A stretch of DNA of 64,000 nt. Origin: Planctomycetota bacterium. Lineage in GTDB: Bacteria > Planctomycetota > Planctomycetia > JALXBF01. A program made the translations under genes and the position numbers. The stretch covers positions 1 to 64,000 of the forward strand of contig JALXBF010000016.1 of assembly GCA_026991575.1 (NCBI GenBank), written 5' to 3'. The notes under the pieces are model-generated. The model was not told the origin of the DNA and did not search any database. It saw only the letters and a program-made list of their open reading frames with translations. This document shows, piece after piece, positions 21,166-34,759 of the stretch. The first letter of the stretch is position 1, and the number at the start of each line of letters is the position of its first letter.

Positions 21166-21849
21166 ATGCCGCGACACTCGAGGCGCTATCTGGAGCTGAA
21201 GAAAAAAGTCGAAGGGCTACCGCCCTTGCCGGTCGGCGAGGCGGTGCGTAAGCTGAAGGAGTTCGCCAACACCCGGTTCGATCAGACCGTGGAGCTTGCG
21301 GTACGGCTAGGCATCGACCCACGCCAGGCGGACCAGCGTGTGCGCGGCTCGGTCGTCTTGCCGCACGGTACCGGGCGCGCGGTCCGGGTGGCGGTGTTTG
21401 CTCAGGGTGAAAAGGCGCGTGAGGCGAAGGAGGCCGGCGCGGACATCGTCGGCGCCGAGGACCTGGTGGCACAGGTCCAAAAAGGCCAGATCGACTTCGA
21501 TATCTGCATTGCCACACCCGATATGATGAAGTTGGTTCGCCCTCTTGGGCGAATCCTCGGCCCCCGCGGCCTGATGCCCTCACCACGCAACGGTACCGTC
21601 ACCAACGACGTCGCCGACACGGTACGGCAATTCAAGCTGGGCCGGGTGGAGTTCCGTGCCGATCAGGGCGGCAACGTCCACCTGCCGGTAGGCAAACTCA
21701 GCATGCCGGAAGAGGCGCTGGTCGAGAACATCGAGGCTGCGCTGCATGCCATCCGAGCGCTGCGGCCTGCTGCCGTCCGTGGCCAGTACATCCGCAACGT
21801 GGCGGTGTCTGCGACGATGAGTCCCAGCGTCAAGCTGGCGGTGGCATGA
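21166..21849 (+). CDS. rplA: 50S ribosomal protein L1
   Basis: [28 protein letters not shown]. Confidence 0.98.
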   Translation: MPRHSRRYLELKKKVEGLPPLPVGEAVRKLKEFANTRFDQTVELAVRLGIDPRQADQRVRGSVVLPHGTGRAVRVAVFAQGEKAREAKEAGADIVGAEDLVAQVQKGQIDFDICIATPDMMKLVRPLGRILGPRGLMPSPRNGTVTNDVADTVRQFKLGRVEFRADQGGNVHLPVGKLSMPEEALVENIEAALHAIRALRPAAVRGQYIRNVAVSATMSPSVKLAVA

Positions 21850-21894
21850 GCGTTCTCCCCGGGGCTTGCCGGCGTAGCTGGAGGCTGACCAACG

Positions 21895-22410
21895 ATGAGC
21901 CGTTACGTGAAGCGATTGATGATGGACGAACTCCGACGCACGTTGGAGGGCGTCGACGATTTCCTGTTCGTGGATCTGGAGCGGCTGAATGCCAATGAGG
22001 CCACCGAGCTGCGGCTGGCGCTGCGGGAACGGGCGATTCGAGTCCGCGTCGTTAAGAACACGCTCGCACGCATCGTGCTCCGGGAGCTGGGCATCGAGGG
22101 GGCCGACCCGATCTTGCAAGGCCCTACAGCCATCGCCTGGGGCGGCGACTCCATCGTGGAGCTGGCCCGCGAGATCACCGAATGGACCAAGAAGATCGAC
22201 CGCTTCCGGATCAAGGGAGGCGTACTGGCCAAGAAGGCCATCTCCGAAGCGGATGTGGTTGCGTTGAGCCGGATGCCGACCCGCGAAGAGCTCATCGGGC
22301 GGATCGTCTCCCTTCTGGTCGGTTCCGGCACGCGGGTCGTTGCGCTCCTGCAAGGGGCTGCCGGCCGGGTGGTCGGCCAGATCAAGAGCAAAGCGGAACA
22401 AGAATCGTAG
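21895..22410 (+). CDS. rplJ: 50S ribosomal protein L10
   Basis: VVKNTL, GPTAIA, LSRMPTREEL; position in operon. Confidence 0.96.
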   Translation: MSRYVKRLMMDELRRTLEGVDDFLFVDLERLNANEATELRLALRERAIRVRVVKNTLARIVLRELGIEGADPILQGPTAIAWGGDSIVELAREITEWTKKIDRFRIKGGVLAKKAISEADVVALSRMPTREELIGRIVSLLVGSGTRVVALLQGAAGRVVGQIKSKAEQES

Positions 22411-22482
22411 TGTCCTGTGTGGGCGATCGTATTGCGGTGCTTTCCGGCGGATCGGGCTGCGTAAGAGAGGAGAGGTACACTC

Positions 22483-22896
22483 ATGGCCAATGGCGAATCG
22501 CGACAGTGGAGCGATAAGATCAAGAGCCTGGGCGACGAGCTGGTCAAGCTAACGGTGCTTGAGGCTAAGGAACTGGGCGATTATCTTGAGGAAGAGTACG
22601 GGCTGAAGGCTGCTGCCGGTGCGGTCGCTGTGGCAGCCGTGCCCGGCGCTGCGGCACCCGGTGCTGAGGCTGCGGAAGAGGAGAAGACCGAGTTCGACGT
22701 CATTCTGGAGAGCTTCGGCGACAGCAAGATCAACGTCATCAAGGTGGTCCGCGCCATCACCGGCCTGGGGCTGAAAGAGGCCAAGGCCCTGGTCGAGAGT
22801 GCCCCGAAACCGGTCAAAGAGGGCGTCAGCAAGGAAGAGGCCGAAGAGATCAAGAAGAAGCTCGAAGAGGCCGGTGCCACTGTTTCGCTCAAGTAA
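22483..22896 (+). CDS. rplL: 50S ribosomal protein L7/L12
   Basis: [30 protein letters not shown]. Confidence 0.98.
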   Translation: MANGESRQWSDKIKSLGDELVKLTVLEAKELGDYLEEEYGLKAAAGAVAVAAVPGAAAPGAEAAEEEKTEFDVILESFGDSKINVIKVVRAITGLGLKEAKALVESAPKPVKEGVSKEEAEEIKKKLEEAGATVSLK

Positions 22897-23078
22897 CCCG
22901 ACCCACGCCACTCGATCAGGACCGCAATCCCGCAGCCGAGCGCGCAACCATTGCCCGCTCGGCTACGGGTCTTGCTGCGCGCAGCCGTATCCACGACCGG
23001 GCCGCTTGCTGAACCGGCTGGTCGTCTGAGCCGATGGTGCCCGGACGACAAGAGGACTGTAGCGAGGTAGGACGAAAC

Positions 23079-26000
23079 ATGTCAACAGTCTCCGAGGAAC
23101 GCGCGATCATCTTCCGCGAACGGCGGAACCTGGGGCGTTCCAAGCTCGACCTGGAAATCCCCAACCTGACCGAGATCCAGACCCGCGCGTACGAGGCGTT
23201 TCTGCAACCGAACACCCCGCCCAAGGAACGCAAGAACCAGGGGCTCGAGGCCGTCCTGCGCGAAACCTTCCCGATCGAAAGCTACGATGGCCAGATGCGC
23301 CTGGAATACCTGTACTACGAACTGGATGAGCCCCGCTTCGACCCGGACGAATGCCGCCAGCTCGGCCTCACCTACGGCCGCCCCTTGCGCGTCTGGCTCC
23401 GGTTGGTCAAAGGCAACGAGTCGATCGAGGAGGTGGTCTTCTTCGGCGACGTGCCCATCATGCTGGGCGGCGGCGAGTTCATCATCAACGGCGCCGAACG
23501 GGTCGTGGTCAGCCAGCTGCACCGTAGCCCCGGGGTGGACTTCGTCGAGGAGACCGAATCCGGCGGGCGCAAGACGTTTGTGTGCCGGATCCTGCCGGAA
23601 CGCGGCAGCTGGGTCGAGATCCATATCAGTCGCAACGAAACGCTGCATGTGCGCATCGACCAGGTCAGCCGGATCCCGGCAACCATGCTCGTGCGCGCGA
23701 TGAGCGAGCAGTATGCCACGGACGAACAGTTGTTGAGAGCCTTCTACAAGACCAAGAAGGTACGCCTCAGCAGCCGCACGCTGCCGCAGATCATCCACGC
23801 ATTCGCCTGCGGGCCGATCGTCGATCCGGACACGGGAGAGATCCTGGTCGAATCGTGCCAGATGATCACCGAGGAGATGGCCGAAGAGATTCTCGACCGC
23901 GGCCTGCGCGAGGTTGAGGTCGTCCTGCCCGGACAGGACCCGCTGGTGCTGAACTCCATCCAGGAGGATCAGGCCAAGGGGCATGAGGATGCTCTGGTGA
24001 TGATCTATCAGAAACTCCGTCCCGGCAACCCGGCCGACCTGGGCCGCGCACGCGAACTGTTCCGGGAGAAGTTCTTCGATCCGACTCGCTACCGACTTGG
24101 CCGCGTGGGCCGTTTCCGCATGAACCGTAAGTTCGGCGTCGACGTCGACGAATCGATCCAGACGCTCCGCGCCGAAGACCTCATCGAGGCGATCCGCTAC
24201 CTGATGCGGCTACGCCAGCCCAACAGCGGCGCCACCACCGACGATATCGACAACCTCGGCAACCGCCGCGTCCGTACGGTCGATGAGCTTGCCTGCGAGG
24301 AGCTTCGTAAAGGGTTCCACAAGCTGAAGCGGACCGTGCAGGAGCGCATGAGCCTGCATGGTGAGCGCGAGGACCTGGGCGTCCGCAGTCTGGTCAACAC
24401 CAAGGCCGTCACGGCGGCGATGGAGTATTTCTTTGGCCGTAGCGAACTGTCCCAGGTCGTTGACCAGACGAACCCGCTGTCGCAGCTCACCCACGAGCGC
24501 CGCCTCTCGGCCCTCGGACCCGGTGGCCTGAACCGCAAGCGCGCCGGATTCGAGGTGCGCGACGTGCACTACTCGCACTACGGCCGGATCTGCCCGATCG
24601 AGACACCCGAAGGAACCAATATCGGCCTGATCTCCAGCCTGGCAGTCTACGCCGGTATCGACGAGTATGGCTTCCTGATCACTCCGTACCGTGAGGTCCG
24701 TAAGGGCAAAATCACCAACAATCTGGTCTGGCTCCGCGCCGATCAGGAATTCGACAAGCGGATTGCCCCGGCCGATATCCCCATCGAAGACAATCGGATC
24801 GCTGCTGAGAAGGTCGTCGTACGCTACCGCGGCGACTACGAAACCGTGCCGGCCGACCAGGTGGACCTGATCGACGTATCCACCAAACAAATGGTGGGCG
24901 TCTCGGCAAGTCTGATCCCGTTCCTGGAGCACGACGACGCAAACCGCGCCCTGATGGGCTCGAACATGCAACGCCAGGCCGTGCCTCTGTTGATCACCGA
25001 GCCCCCCCTGGTGGCCACTGGCATGGAAGAGGCGGTCGCCAAGAACAGCAGCCTGGTCGTGCGTGCCGTCGAGGACGGTACCGTCACGTACGTCGATGCC
25101 CAGCGGATTGTCATCGACGATCGACAGTACTACCTGAAGAAGTTCACCGGCTTGTCCGACCGCACCTGCCTGAACCAGAAGCCAATCGTGAAGGTGGGCG
25201 ACAAGGTGAAGGCTGGTCAGATCATCGCCGATGGCGCGGCGACCTGCCAGGGACAGCTTGCCCTGGGACGTAACGTGCTGGCGGCGTTCATGTCCTGGGA
25301 AGGGTACAACTTCGAGGACGCGATCGTGATCTCCGAACGTCTCGTGCGCGACGACGTGTACACGTCGATTCACATCCAGGGCTTCGAGGCGGAGATCCGC
25401 GAGACGAAGCAGGGACGCGAGGAGTTTACCCGGGACATCCCGAACGTCGCTGAAAAGATCCTGCGAAACCTGGACGAAAACGGTATCGTCCGAATCGGCA
25501 CCTACGTCCGTCCCGGCGACATCCTCGTGGGCAAAATCGCCCCCAAGCCACGCCAGGAGATGACGCCCGAGGAGAAACTGTTGCACGCCATCTTCGGCCG
25601 TGCCGGTGAGGACGTCAAGAACGTCAGCCTCGAGGTCCCCAGCGGCGTGGAAGGTGTCGTGATCGCGACCCAGCGGTTCGCGCGGAAGCAGAGCCTGAGC
25701 GAAGAGGAGCGCAAGCGACGCGACGAGCAGTTGAAGGCGATCGAGAAGGAGTACAACGAGCGAATCGCCCAGACCTTCAAGGAGATGATTGCCGCCCTGG
25801 AAGAGCTGCTCGGCAGAGAGCTGACCGATGAGAGCGGCAAGCGGCTCCGCAAGCTGGACCAGCGACGCATCCGCGAGCTGATGGACAAATTCGACTTGAA
25901 GAAGTTCCGCATTAGCCCGCAGAAGAAGGGCGAGGCCCAGCAGCTCTACCGCCGCTACTGGCAACGCATCGACACGCTGCGCATGGAACAGCGGCGCAAG

Positions 26001-26777
26001 GTGAATGAGCTGCGGATTGGCGATGAGCTACCCATCGGCGTGCTCCAGCAGGTGAAGGTGTACCTGGCGATCAAACGGAAGATCTCGGTGGGCGACAAGA
26101 TGGCGGGCCGTCACGGCAACAAGGGCGTCATCGCCAAGATCCTGCCCATCGAGGACATGCCCTATCTGGAAGACGGTACCCCTGTGGACATCATCCTGAA
26201 TCCGCTCGGCGTCCCCAGCCGTATGAACGTGGGCCAGATTCTGGAGACCCACCTCGGCTGGGCGGCCAAGGTGCTCGGCTTCCAGGCCATCTGTCCGGTC
26301 TTCGACGGACCGGACGAGGAGACGATCCGCAGCCTGATGGTGCAGGCAGGTTTGCCGGAGGACGGCAAGGCCGTGCTCTACGACGGTCGCACGGGCGAGC
26401 GGTTTGAGCAGCCGGTCACGGTCGGTTACCTGTACATGATGAAACTCCATCACCTGGTCGACGACAAGATCCACGCGCGTGCCACCGGGCCGTACTCGCT
26501 GATCACCCAGCAGCCGCTCGGCGGCAAGGCTCGCTTCGGAGGCCAGCGGTTCGGCGAGATGGAGGTCTGGGCGCTGGAAGCTTACGGTGCTGCCTACACA
26601 CTGCAGGAACTGCTGACCGTGAAGTCCGACGATGTCGAAGGCCGGACGAAGATCTACGAGTCGATTGTCAAGGGCCAGAACACGCTGGAAGCCGGCATGC
26701 CCGCCAGCTTCGAGGTGCTGATGAACGAGATACGCGGTCTGGCACTGAATATCCGGCTGGAGAAGCGGCGACTGTGA
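23079..26777 (+). CDS. rpoB: RNA polymerase beta subunit
   Basis: [42 protein letters not shown]. Confidence 0.99.
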   Translation: MSTVSEERAIIFRERRNLGRSKLDLEIPNLTEIQTRAYEAFLQPNTPPKERKNQGLEAVLRETFPIESYDGQMRLEYLYYELDEPRFDPDECRQLGLTYGRPLRVWLRLVKGNESIEEVVFFGDVPIMLGGGEFIINGAERVVVSQLHRSPGVDFVEETESGGRKTFVCRILPERGSWVEIHISRNETLHVRIDQVSRIPATMLVRAMSEQYATDEQLLRAFYKTKKVRLSSRTLPQIIHAFACGPIVDPDTGEILVESCQMITEEMAEEILDRGLREVEVVLPGQDPLVLNSIQEDQAKGHEDALVMIYQKLRPGNPADLGRARELFREKFFDPTRYRLGRVGRFRMNRKFGVDVDESIQTLRAEDLIEAIRYLMRLRQPNSGATTDDIDNLGNRRVRTVDELACEELRKGFHKLKRTVQERMSLHGEREDLGVRSLVNTKAVTAAMEYFFGRSELSQVVDQTNPLSQLTHERRLSALGPGGLNRKRAGFEVRDVHYSHYGRICPIETPEGTNIGLISSLAVYAGIDEYGFLITPYREVRKGKITNNLVWLRADQEFDKRIAPADIPIEDNRIAAEKVVVRYRGDYETVPADQVDLIDVSTKQMVGVSASLIPFLEHDDANRALMGSNMQRQAVPLLITEPPLVATGMEEAVAKNSSLVVRAVEDGTVTYVDAQRIVIDDRQYYLKKFTGLSDRTCLNQKPIVKVGDKVKAGQIIADGAATCQGQLALGRNVLAAFMSWEGYNFEDAIVISERLVRDDVYTSIHIQGFEAEIRETKQGREEFTRDIPNVAEKILRNLDENGIVRIGTYVRPGDILVGKIAPKPRQEMTPEEKLLHAIFGRAGEDVKNVSLEVPSGVEGVVIATQRFARKQSLSEEERKRRDEQLKAIEKEYNERIAQTFKEMIAALEELLGRELTDESGKRLRKLDQRRIRELMDKFDLKKFRISPQKKGEAQQLYRRYWQRIDTLRMEQRRKVNELRIGDELPIGVLQQVKVYLAIKRKISVGDKMAGRHGNKGVIAKILPIEDMPYLEDGTPVDIILNPLGVPSRMNVGQILETHLGWAAKVLGFQAICPVFDGPDEETIRSLMVQAGLPEDGKAVLYDGRTGERFEQPVTVGYLYMMKLHHLVDDKIHARATGPYSLITQQPLGGKARFGGQRFGEMEVWALEAYGAAYTLQELLTVKSDDVEGRTKIYESIVKGQNTLEAGMPASFEVLMNEIRGLALNIRLEKRRL

Positions 26778-26908
26778 ACACGCACCCCAACGGTCGGTCT
26801 GCTCTTGGGGTGAGCTTTCGCCGCTAGGGCCATCGATCCCGGAACCGTAGCCGGTATGGTCGGAACCGGGGTATCAGGAGCGACAACCAGTCAGTGGGAG
26901 AACTGGCC

Positions 26909-29900
26909 GTGAGTATTTCACCGGAAACCAGCTACGAACGGGTCAACGAATATACGGCCGTTCAGATTCGGCTTGCCAGCCCGCAAGACATCCGGTCCTG
27001 GTCATTCGGCGAGGTGAAGAAGCCGGAGACGATCAACTACCGGACGTACCGTCCGGAGAAGGACGGGCTGTTCTGCGAACGGATCTTCGGGCCGGAGCGC
27101 GACTGGGAGTGCAGCTGTGGCAAGTACAAGGGAATGAAGTACAAGGGGATTATTTGCGACCGCTGCGGCGTGAAGGTCACGACCTCGAAGGTGCGCCGCA
27201 AGCGGATGGGCCACATCGAGCTGGCTGCACCGGTCGTGCACATCTGGTTCTTCAAAGTAACCCCCAGCCGCATTGCGCTGTTGCTCGACCTGCGCGCCTC
27301 ACAGCTTGAAGGCGTCATCTACTACCAGGACTACATCGTTATCGATCCGAAACAAACCGACCTGAAGAAGTGCCAGGTCCTCAGCGAGGAGGAATACCGC
27401 GAGGCCATTCGGCAGTGGGGCGTCGGTGCGTTTGAGGCCGACATGGGGGCTGAGGCGATCAAGAAGCTGCTGGCACAGCTTGACCTGGTTGCCCTCTCCA
27501 AGCAACTACGCCAGCAGTTGCAGCAGACCGATTCAAAGCAGCAGCGCAGCGAACTGATCCGGCGGCTCCGCGTGGTCGAAGCGCTGCGCGACAGCGAGAA
27601 TCGGCCCGAGTGGATGGTGTTGGAGTGCATCCCGGTCATCCCGCCCGAGCTCCGTCCTCTGGTGCCGCTCGAAACCGGGAATTTCGCCACCAGCGATCTG
27701 AACGACCTCTACCGCCGCATCATCAACCGCAACAACCGGCTCAAGAAACTGGTCGACCTGAACGCCCCGGAGGTGATCATCCGCAACGAGAAGCGGATGT
27801 TGCAGCAGTCGCTCGATGCGCTCTTCGACAACAACCGCTGCAAGCGGCCCGTAATGGGCTCCTCGAACCGTCCGCTCAAGAGCCTGAGCGACATGATCAA
27901 GGGCAAGCAGGGGCGGTTCCGCGAGAACCTCCTGGGCAAGCGGGTCGATTACTCGGCACGTTCGGTCATCGTCGTTGGCCCAGAGCTGAAACTGCACCAG
28001 TGCGGTCTGCCCAAACGGATCGCCCTAGAGCTGTACTCGCCGTTCATCATCCGGCGGCTCAAAGAGCTCGGGCATGCCGACACGATCAAGGCGGCCAAGC
28101 GAATGGTGGAGCAGAAGCGGGATCCGGTCTGGGACATCCTTGATGAGGTCATCCAGAACCACCCGGTCCTGCTTAACCGCGCCCCCACGCTGCACCGGAT
28201 GGGCATCCAGGCGTTCGAGCCGATCCTGGTGGAAGGCAACGCCATTCAGATCCACCCGCTGGTGTGCAAAGGGTTCAACGCGGACTTCGACGGTGATCAG
28301 ATGGCCGTACACCTGCCGCTATCGGTGGAGGCGGTGGTGGAGGCGGCTACGCTGATGCTGTCGACCCACAACATTTTCTCCCCCGCCCATGGCGGGCCGA
28401 TCATCAGCCCAAGCCAGGACATCGTCATGGGCTGCTACTACGCCTCATGCATGCTGGACGGCCAACCGGGTGAAGGGCGGGTGTTTGCTGACCCAGTCGA
28501 GGCGATCTACGCCTACAACCATGGTCAGATCGGCATGCATGCCAAGATCCAGGTCCGGCTTCCGGCCAACAAGAAGCGGGTTGTGCTGGACGATGGCTCG
28601 GATGACCCGAACTACAAGCCAGGCGGTCGCATCACGACGTGCGTGGGCCGGATCCTGTTTAACGACATCCTGCATCCGGACATGCCGTTCTACAACCAGT
28701 TGCTCAGCTCCAAGCGGTTGAGCCGGATCATCGCCGACTGCTATGAGCTACTGGGCCGGTCCGAGACGATCGATCTGCTCGACCGGATGAAGGACTTCGG
28801 GTTCCGGATGGCCACGCGCAGCGGGCTGAGCTTCGCGACCAGCGACCTGAAGCGTCCGGCTAACAAGGAAAAGGTCATTCGGGACACGGAGAAGCGGGTT
28901 GCCGAGATCAACCGCCAGTATCAGAAAGGACTGATCACGCCGGGCGAGCGGTACAACCAGGTGGTTGACGAATGGATGAAGGCGGTCAACGAGATCAAGG
29001 AACAGCTCATGCGCGACCTGCGCGAGGACCGCCGCGACGGCAAACCGTACATCAACCCGATCTACCTTATGGCTCAGTCCGGCGCACGTGGGAATGAGGA
29101 CCAGGTGCGGCAGCTGGCCGGTATCCGTGGTCTGATGGCCAAGCCGTCCGGGCGGATCATCGAGACCCCGATCAAAGCCAGCTTCCGCGAAGGGCTGAGC
29201 GTGCTGGAGTACTTCAGCTCCACGCACGGGGCCCGCAAAGGGCTGGCCGACACGGCGCTGAAGACGGCTGACTCCGGCTACCTGACACGCAAGCTGGCCG
29301 ACGTCGCCCAGAACGTGGTCGTCACCATGTATGACTGCGGTACGACCAACGGCATCACCAAGTCGGCGGTGCGTCAAGGGAACAAGGAGGTCGTGAGCCT
29401 TGCGCAGGCAATCTACGGCCGCGTGGCCCGGAACACGATCGTGCATCACGTATACGACGAGGTGGTGGTGCGTGAGAATGAGTTGATCACGCGCGAGATT
29501 GCCAAGAAGATCGAGGAGATGGGGATTTCGAAGATCCGCGTGCGCAGCCCCATGACCTGCGAAGCGGAACTCGGTGTCTGTGCCCTCTGCTACGGCATGG
29601 ACCTGGCCACCGGCGAGCTGGTCGAAGAGGGGATGGCTGTTGGCATCATCGCGGCTCAGTCGATCGGCGAGCCCGGGACGCAGCTGACCATGCGGACGTT
29701 CCACATCGGTGGTGTCGCGCAGCGGCGGGTTGAGGAGAGCCTGGTTCGCGCGCAGCGCAAAGGAATCGTCCACTTCGTTGACTGCGACGTCGTCATCAAC
29801 GAGAAAGGCCGCCGGGTTATCGTCGGACGGAACGCCAAGGTGCAGATCCTTGACGATAAGGGACGCGATCTGGAAACCCACGCCGTGCCCAACGGTGCCG

Positions 29901-31189
29901 AGGCCCAGGTGGAGGAGGGGCAGAAAGTCAACCCTGGCACGGTGCTGTGCGTCTGGGAGCCCCACGTGTCACGTGTGGTCTCCGACGTTGAAGGCGTCGT
30001 CCGCTTCGAGGACCTGGTCGAAGGCGAGACGCTGATCATCGAGCGCGATCCCACCACCGGTGGCAAGCGGCTGATCGTCGCCGAACATCGCGGCGATAAG
30101 CAGCCGGCGATCGTCATTGTCGACCCCGAGACCGGACGGGTCGCCGAGGTGTACCACCTGCGTGAGAAGGCCACCGTCGAGGTTGAGGAAGGTCAGAAGG
30201 TGGTCAAAGGGACGGTCCTGGCGAAAATCCCCGAAGAGATCACCGGTACTCAGGACATCACCGGTGGTCTGCCGCGTGTGAGTGAGTTGTTCGATGCACG
30301 GCGTCCCAAGGAGCCTGCGGTGCTGGCCGAAATCGACGGAGTTGTGGAGGTGGAAGGTCGCAAGGTGCGCAACAAGCGGCTGATCCGGATTCGCAACGAA
30401 AAGACCGGCATCGAGAAGGAACACTACGTGCCGCCCAAACAGCAGTTGCGGGTCAAGACCGGCGATCGAGTCCGTGCCGGCGACCAGCTCTGTGAGGGAC
30501 CGCTTGATCCGAACGACATCTTGAGGATCTCTGGCGAGGAGCGGCTGCAGCAGTACCTTTTGGAGGAGATCCAGAAGGTCTACCGCAACCAGGGTGTGGA
30601 CATCAACGATAAGCACGTGGAGATCATCATCGCGCAGATGTTGCGTAAGGTCGAGGTGACCGACCCGGGCGATACGGATCTGTTGCCCGAGACGGAGATC
30701 GACCGGTTCCGCTTCCAGCAAATCAATCGGCAGTTGGCCAAGTCGGCCAAGATCACCGATCCGGGCGACACCCAGTTCAAAGAAGGGGAGATTGTTCCGA
30801 TGGAGGTGCTGGAGGCGGAGAACGAGCGGGTGGAGAAGGCTGGCGGTAACCCGGCACGCTGGGTGAAGCCTCGGCCTGCCACGGCACGCACGCTTCTGCT
30901 GGGCATCACCAAGGCGGCCGTGCGTTCGGAAAGCTTCATCTCGGCGGCCAGCTTCCAGGAAACCACCCGCGTGCTGACCGAAGCGGCGATTTCCGGCAAG
31001 CGCGACACGTTGGTCGGGCTCAAGGAGAACGTCATCCTGGGCCGCCTGATCCCGGCAGGCACGGGCTTCAAGCGGTATGTGGAATCGGAGGTGCGTATCA
31101 ACCCGAAGATTCTCGAACAGATGGATGCTCAGCGCATGGCCAGCCTGACGACCCTGACCGGCCAGGAACAGGGCGAAGCGCAGCAGTAA
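26909..31189 (+). CDS. rpoC: RNA polymerase beta' subunit
   Basis: [10 protein letters not shown] active-site motif, N-terminal Zn finger, [15 protein letters not shown]. Confidence 0.99.
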   Translation: MSISPETSYERVNEYTAVQIRLASPQDIRSWSFGEVKKPETINYRTYRPEKDGLFCERIFGPERDWECSCGKYKGMKYKGIICDRCGVKVTTSKVRRKRMGHIELAAPVVHIWFFKVTPSRIALLLDLRASQLEGVIYYQDYIVIDPKQTDLKKCQVLSEEEYREAIRQWGVGAFEADMGAEAIKKLLAQLDLVALSKQLRQQLQQTDSKQQRSELIRRLRVVEALRDSENRPEWMVLECIPVIPPELRPLVPLETGNFATSDLNDLYRRIINRNNRLKKLVDLNAPEVIIRNEKRMLQQSLDALFDNNRCKRPVMGSSNRPLKSLSDMIKGKQGRFRENLLGKRVDYSARSVIVVGPELKLHQCGLPKRIALELYSPFIIRRLKELGHADTIKAAKRMVEQKRDPVWDILDEVIQNHPVLLNRAPTLHRMGIQAFEPILVEGNAIQIHPLVCKGFNADFDGDQMAVHLPLSVEAVVEAATLMLSTHNIFSPAHGGPIISPSQDIVMGCYYASCMLDGQPGEGRVFADPVEAIYAYNHGQIGMHAKIQVRLPANKKRVVLDDGSDDPNYKPGGRITTCVGRILFNDILHPDMPFYNQLLSSKRLSRIIADCYELLGRSETIDLLDRMKDFGFRMATRSGLSFATSDLKRPANKEKVIRDTEKRVAEINRQYQKGLITPGERYNQVVDEWMKAVNEIKEQLMRDLREDRRDGKPYINPIYLMAQSGARGNEDQVRQLAGIRGLMAKPSGRIIETPIKASFREGLSVLEYFSSTHGARKGLADTALKTADSGYLTRKLADVAQNVVVTMYDCGTTNGITKSAVRQGNKEVVSLAQAIYGRVARNTIVHHVYDEVVVRENELITREIAKKIEEMGISKIRVRSPMTCEAELGVCALCYGMDLATGELVEEGMAVGIIAAQSIGEPGTQLTMRTFHIGGVAQRRVEESLVRAQRKGIVHFVDCDVVINEKGRRVIVGRNAKVQILDDKGRDLETHAVPNGAEAQVEEGQKVNPGTVLCVWEPHVSRVVSDVEGVVRFEDLVEGETLIIERDPTTGGKRLIVAEHRGDKQPAIVIVDPETGRVAEVYHLREKATVEVEEGQKVVKGTVLAKIPEEITGTQDITGGLPRVSELFDARRPKEPAVLAEIDGVVEVEGRKVRNKRLIRIRNEKTGIEKEHYVPPKQQLRVKTGDRVRAGDQLCEGPLDPNDILRISGEERLQQYLLEEIQKVYRNQGVDINDKHVEIIIAQMLRKVEVTDPGDTDLLPETEIDRFRFQQINRQLAKSAKITDPGDTQFKEGEIVPMEVLEAENERVEKAGGNPARWVKPRPATARTLLLGITKAAVRSESFISAASFQETTRVLTEAAISGKRDTLVGLKENVILGRLIPAGTGFKRYVESEVRINPKILEQMDAQRMASLTTLTGQEQGEAQQ

Positions 31190-31326
31190 CGGTTGGCCGC
31201 GGGGACCGCCGGCGGCGTCACCCTGGCACGCCGCGGCTGGTTCCCGTTGTCGCCTGCCGCCCCGCTGCATAAACTTGTTTGGCGTTCGTGCCTCGCACGA
31301 GTGATGACAGGAGTGTTGACACGACG

Positions 31327-31698
31327 ATGCCCACCATCAACCAGCTAGTCCGCAAAGGACGAAAGAAGAAGCCTTCCAAATCCAAGGCGCCGGCCTTGGA
31401 GGGCAACCCCTTCAAGCGCGGGGTCTGTCTTCAGGTGAAGACAATGACCCCGAAGAAGCCGAACTCGGCGCTGCGCAAGATCGCACGCGTGCGGCTGTCC
31501 AACGGACGCGAGGTGACCGCGTACATTCCTGGCGAGGGGCACAACCTTCAGGAACACAGCATCGTGCTGGTACGCGGTGGCCGTGTACGCGACTTGCCCG
31601 GCGTGCGTTACCACATCGTGCGCGGCGCGCTGGACTGTGCCGGCGTGGAAGGCCGAAAGCGCTCTCGGTCCAAGTACGGCACGAAGCGCGAATCCTGA
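31327..31698 (+). CDS. rpsL: 30S ribosomal protein S12
   Basis: [28 protein letters not shown]. Confidence 0.99.
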   Translation: MPTINQLVRKGRKKKPSKSKAPALEGNPFKRGVCLQVKTMTPKKPNSALRKIARVRLSNGREVTAYIPGEGHNLQEHSIVLVRGGRVRDLPGVRYHIVRGALDCAGVEGRKRSRSKYGTKRES

Positions 31699-31738
31699 TG
31701 AAGTTGGGCACTGCTGAGGTGCTGAGGTAGTTGGATCG

Positions 31739-32221
31739 ATGCGCAAGAAGCCTACCGCAAGCAAGAAGCAGCTCAAACCGGATCCCCGCTACGGGTCGCT
31801 GCTGGCGTCGAAGTTCATCAATTGCCTGATGTGGGACGGCAAGAAGACCGTTGCCCAGCGGGTGTTTTACCGTGCGCTGGATGAGATCAAGCGGCGGATG
31901 AAGGATGTCGATGAGCTGGAGGTGTTCACTCAGGCAGTCGAGAACGTCAAGCCGCAGCTCGAAGTGCGTTCGCGCCGCGTGGGCGGTGCGACCTACCAGG
32001 TGCCTATGCAGGTGAAACCTCAACGACAGCAATCGCTTGCGATCCGTTGGATCATCCAGGCCGCCCGGCAGGCGCGGCGCAAGCAAGGACGGCCGATGCA
32101 CCTGTGCCTGGCCGACGAGCTGATGGCCGCCTACCGCCGCGAAGGTGCGGCGATGCACACGCGTGAGCAGGTGCATCGGATGGCCGAAGCGAACAAAGCG
32201 TTCGCTCACTTTGCCTGGTAA
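31739..32221 (+). CDS. rpsG: 30S ribosomal protein S7
   Basis: [26 protein letters not shown]. Confidence 0.98.
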   Translation: MRKKPTASKKQLKPDPRYGSLLASKFINCLMWDGKKTVAQRVFYRALDEIKRRMKDVDELEVFTQAVENVKPQLEVRSRRVGGATYQVPMQVKPQRQQSLAIRWIIQAARQARRKQGRPMHLCLADELMAAYRREGAAMHTREQVHRMAEANKAFAHFAW

Positions 32222-32369
32222 CCCGCCAACACCGACAGCCAGCAGCACCGCCTCTTCGGACCGACCCGAACAGGCGGTGTTTGCGTTTTTGGGCCGCAGC
32301 AGCCGGGAATGCGGCCCGTGGTCAGCTCGGGCCGCTCCGTGGCTCGGCGGCCCGTAGGGACGAGCAACG

Positions 32370-34457
32370 ATGAGCACTGCGCTGACGACAACACCGCCAA
32401 TCGAGCGGATCCGCAACATCGGTATCGTCGCCCATATCGATGCCGGCAAGACGACGTTGACCGAGCGCATCCTCTACTACACCCACTTCACCCATCGCAT
32501 GGGCGACGTTGACGAGGGGACCACGGTCACGGATTACCTCAAGGAAGAACAGGAGCGGGGCATAACCATCGTTTCCGCCGCCGTGACCACACGCTGGCGT
32601 GACTGCTGGCTGAACCTGATCGACACTCCCGGGCACGTCGACTTCACGGCTGAAGTGGAACGCTGTCTGCGCGTCCTCGACGGAGCCATCGTTGTTTTCA
32701 GTGCCGTCGAAGGCGTCGAGGCGCAGTCGGAAACCGTGTGGCGGCAGGCGGACAAGTACCGCGTCCCTCGGCTGGCCTTCATCAACAAGATGGATCGCAT
32801 CGGGGCCGACTTCGACGCGGTCGTCAACGAGATCCGCACGCGCCTGGGCGCGACCCCGGTCGTGCTCACCGCCCCGATCGGCAGCAGCCAGTCGTTTGAA
32901 GGCGTCCTGGACCTGGTCCGGGGCAAGGCGCTGTACTTCGATCCCGACACCCTGGGTGAGAAGGTCGAAGAGCGCGATGTGCCCGAGTACGCACGAGAGA
33001 CCTTCGAGACCTGGCGCAACCGAATGTTCGACACGCTGGCCGAATACGACGACGAAGACCTCATCACGAGCGCTTACCTCGAAGGACTCGACGTCAGCGA
33101 AGAGGCAATTCGCAAGGTTGTTCGCCAGGCTACGCTGAACCGGGCACTGGTGCCCGTCTTTGCCGGCTCGGCGCTGAAGCGGATCGGAGTTCAGCCGGTT
33201 CTGGATGCGGTGTGCCACTACCTGCCCAGTCCCAAGGATCTGCCACCGGTCGAAGGCTGGCACCCGAAGAAAAGGGACCGGGTCGAACGGCGGAAACCGG
33301 ATCCGAAGGAGCCGCTCTGCGCGTTGGTGTTCAAGATTCAAAGCGACCTGCACGGCCAGCTCGCCTACGTGCGGATCTACTCGGGCGTGCTCACCTGCGG
33401 TGTCCGCGTGCACAACCCGCGCACTGACTCGCGTGAAATCGTGCAGCACATGTGGCGGATTCGGGCGGATCGGCGCGAACGGATGGAACGAGCGTCTGCA
33501 GGGGATATCGTGGGGGTCGTCGGCCTGAAGAAAACCGTCACCGGCGACACGCTCTGCGATCCCCGCCACCCGATCGTGCTGGAGCGGATCGAGTTCCCTG
33601 AAACGGTGGTGAGCGTGTCGGTCGAGCCGATGTCATCGGCGGATCGCAAGCGGTTGTTGCAGGTGCTCGATCTGCTCTCGGTCGATGACCCGACGTTCGG
33701 GTGGCGTGAGGATGAGGAAACCGGACAGATCATCATGAGCGGCATGGGCGAGCTGCATCTTGAGGTGCTCCGCAACCGGATGCAGGACGAATTCGGGCTG
33801 AAGGTCCGCACGGGCAAGCCACGGGTCAGTTATCGTGAGACGATTGAGCATCCGGTTGAGGTAACCGGCGTATGCAATCAGCTTGTGGCCGGGGCGGCGC
33901 AACACGCGGAGGTTCGGGTCCGGGTCGAGCCACAGCCCGGTACGAGCAAGGTGGTGGTCTGCAGCGAGCTGAAACCCGGTCGCGTACCGCCTCAGATCGA
34001 GAGCGAGGTGTTGACCGCCCTGGAGGAAGAGGCCCGCGGCGGCGGCGAGCTTGGCTATCCGCTAACCGACGTTCGGATCACGCTGCTGGATGCCCGTGCC
34101 GTGACGGAGGGAACCACGTCGGTGGCGTTCCGGATCGCAGCGGCCAACGCCCTGCGCCAGGCGCTGCGCGAGGGCGGCATGGTGTTGCTGGAGCCGATCA
34201 TGCGGCTGGAAGTGATGGTTCCCGAGGAATATCTGGGCGACGTGTTGGGCGACCTGAATGCCCGCCGGGCTGAGATTCTGAGCACGAATTCACGCGGTTC
34301 GCTGCGCGTCATCGAAGCGCGGGTGCCGTTGGAGCGGGTTTTCGGTTACGCCACCGCGGTCCGAAGCCTCACTCAAGGCCGCGCCAGCTACACGCTGGAG
34401 CCGGACTCGTTCGCTCCGGTACCTCCCGAACGGGCCAAGCAGATGCTCGGTCTATAG
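32370..34457 (+). CDS. fusA: elongation factor G (divergent domain IV)
   Basis: RNIGIVAHIDAGKTT, ERGITI, DTPGHVDF, GMGELHL; follows rpsG. Confidence 0.95.
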   Translation: MSTALTTTPPIERIRNIGIVAHIDAGKTTLTERILYYTHFTHRMGDVDEGTTVTDYLKEEQERGITIVSAAVTTRWRDCWLNLIDTPGHVDFTAEVERCLRVLDGAIVVFSAVEGVEAQSETVWRQADKYRVPRLAFINKMDRIGADFDAVVNEIRTRLGATPVVLTAPIGSSQSFEGVLDLVRGKALYFDPDTLGEKVEERDVPEYARETFETWRNRMFDTLAEYDDEDLITSAYLEGLDVSEEAIRKVVRQATLNRALVPVFAGSALKRIGVQPVLDAVCHYLPSPKDLPPVEGWHPKKRDRVERRKPDPKEPLCALVFKIQSDLHGQLAYVRIYSGVLTCGVRVHNPRTDSREIVQHMWRIRADRRERMERASAGDIVGVVGLKKTVTGDTLCDPRHPIVLERIEFPETVVSVSVEPMSSADRKRLLQVLDLLSVDDPTFGWREDEETGQIIMSGMGELHLEVLRNRMQDEFGLKVRTGKPRVSYRETIEHPVEVTGVCNQLVAGAAQHAEVRVRVEPQPGTSKVVVCSELKPGRVPPQIESEVLTALEEEARGGGELGYPLTDVRITLLDARAVTEGTTSVAFRIAAANALRQALREGGMVLLEPIMRLEVMVPEEYLGDVLGDLNARRAEILSTNSRGSLRVIEARVPLERVFGYATAVRSLTQGRASYTLEPDSFAPVPPERAKQMLGL

Positions 34458-34759
34458 GCTGCACCAGTAGGCCCCCGTCGTCTGCCCGATCCAGCTATCC
34501 CTATCAGTTTGTGGGATCTTCTCGACCGTTGTTGATCCGGTGAGCGAACCGGATCGGCTCTGCTCGCCGTGCTCGGCGCTGTGCGGGTCTGGCCATAGGG
34601 GCGGCAGAACACGGAATCTGGCTGATTGCATCGGGACCTGGAGCGCGTGCGTTTCAGCTTTGCAGGACGCCGGAGGGAAAGCCGGGGCGGGGGTTAGCCG
34701 TCGCGTGGTCCCATGGGTTCAGTTCGTGCCCCGGCGCGGTCTTGGTGCCGGGCGCGTTT

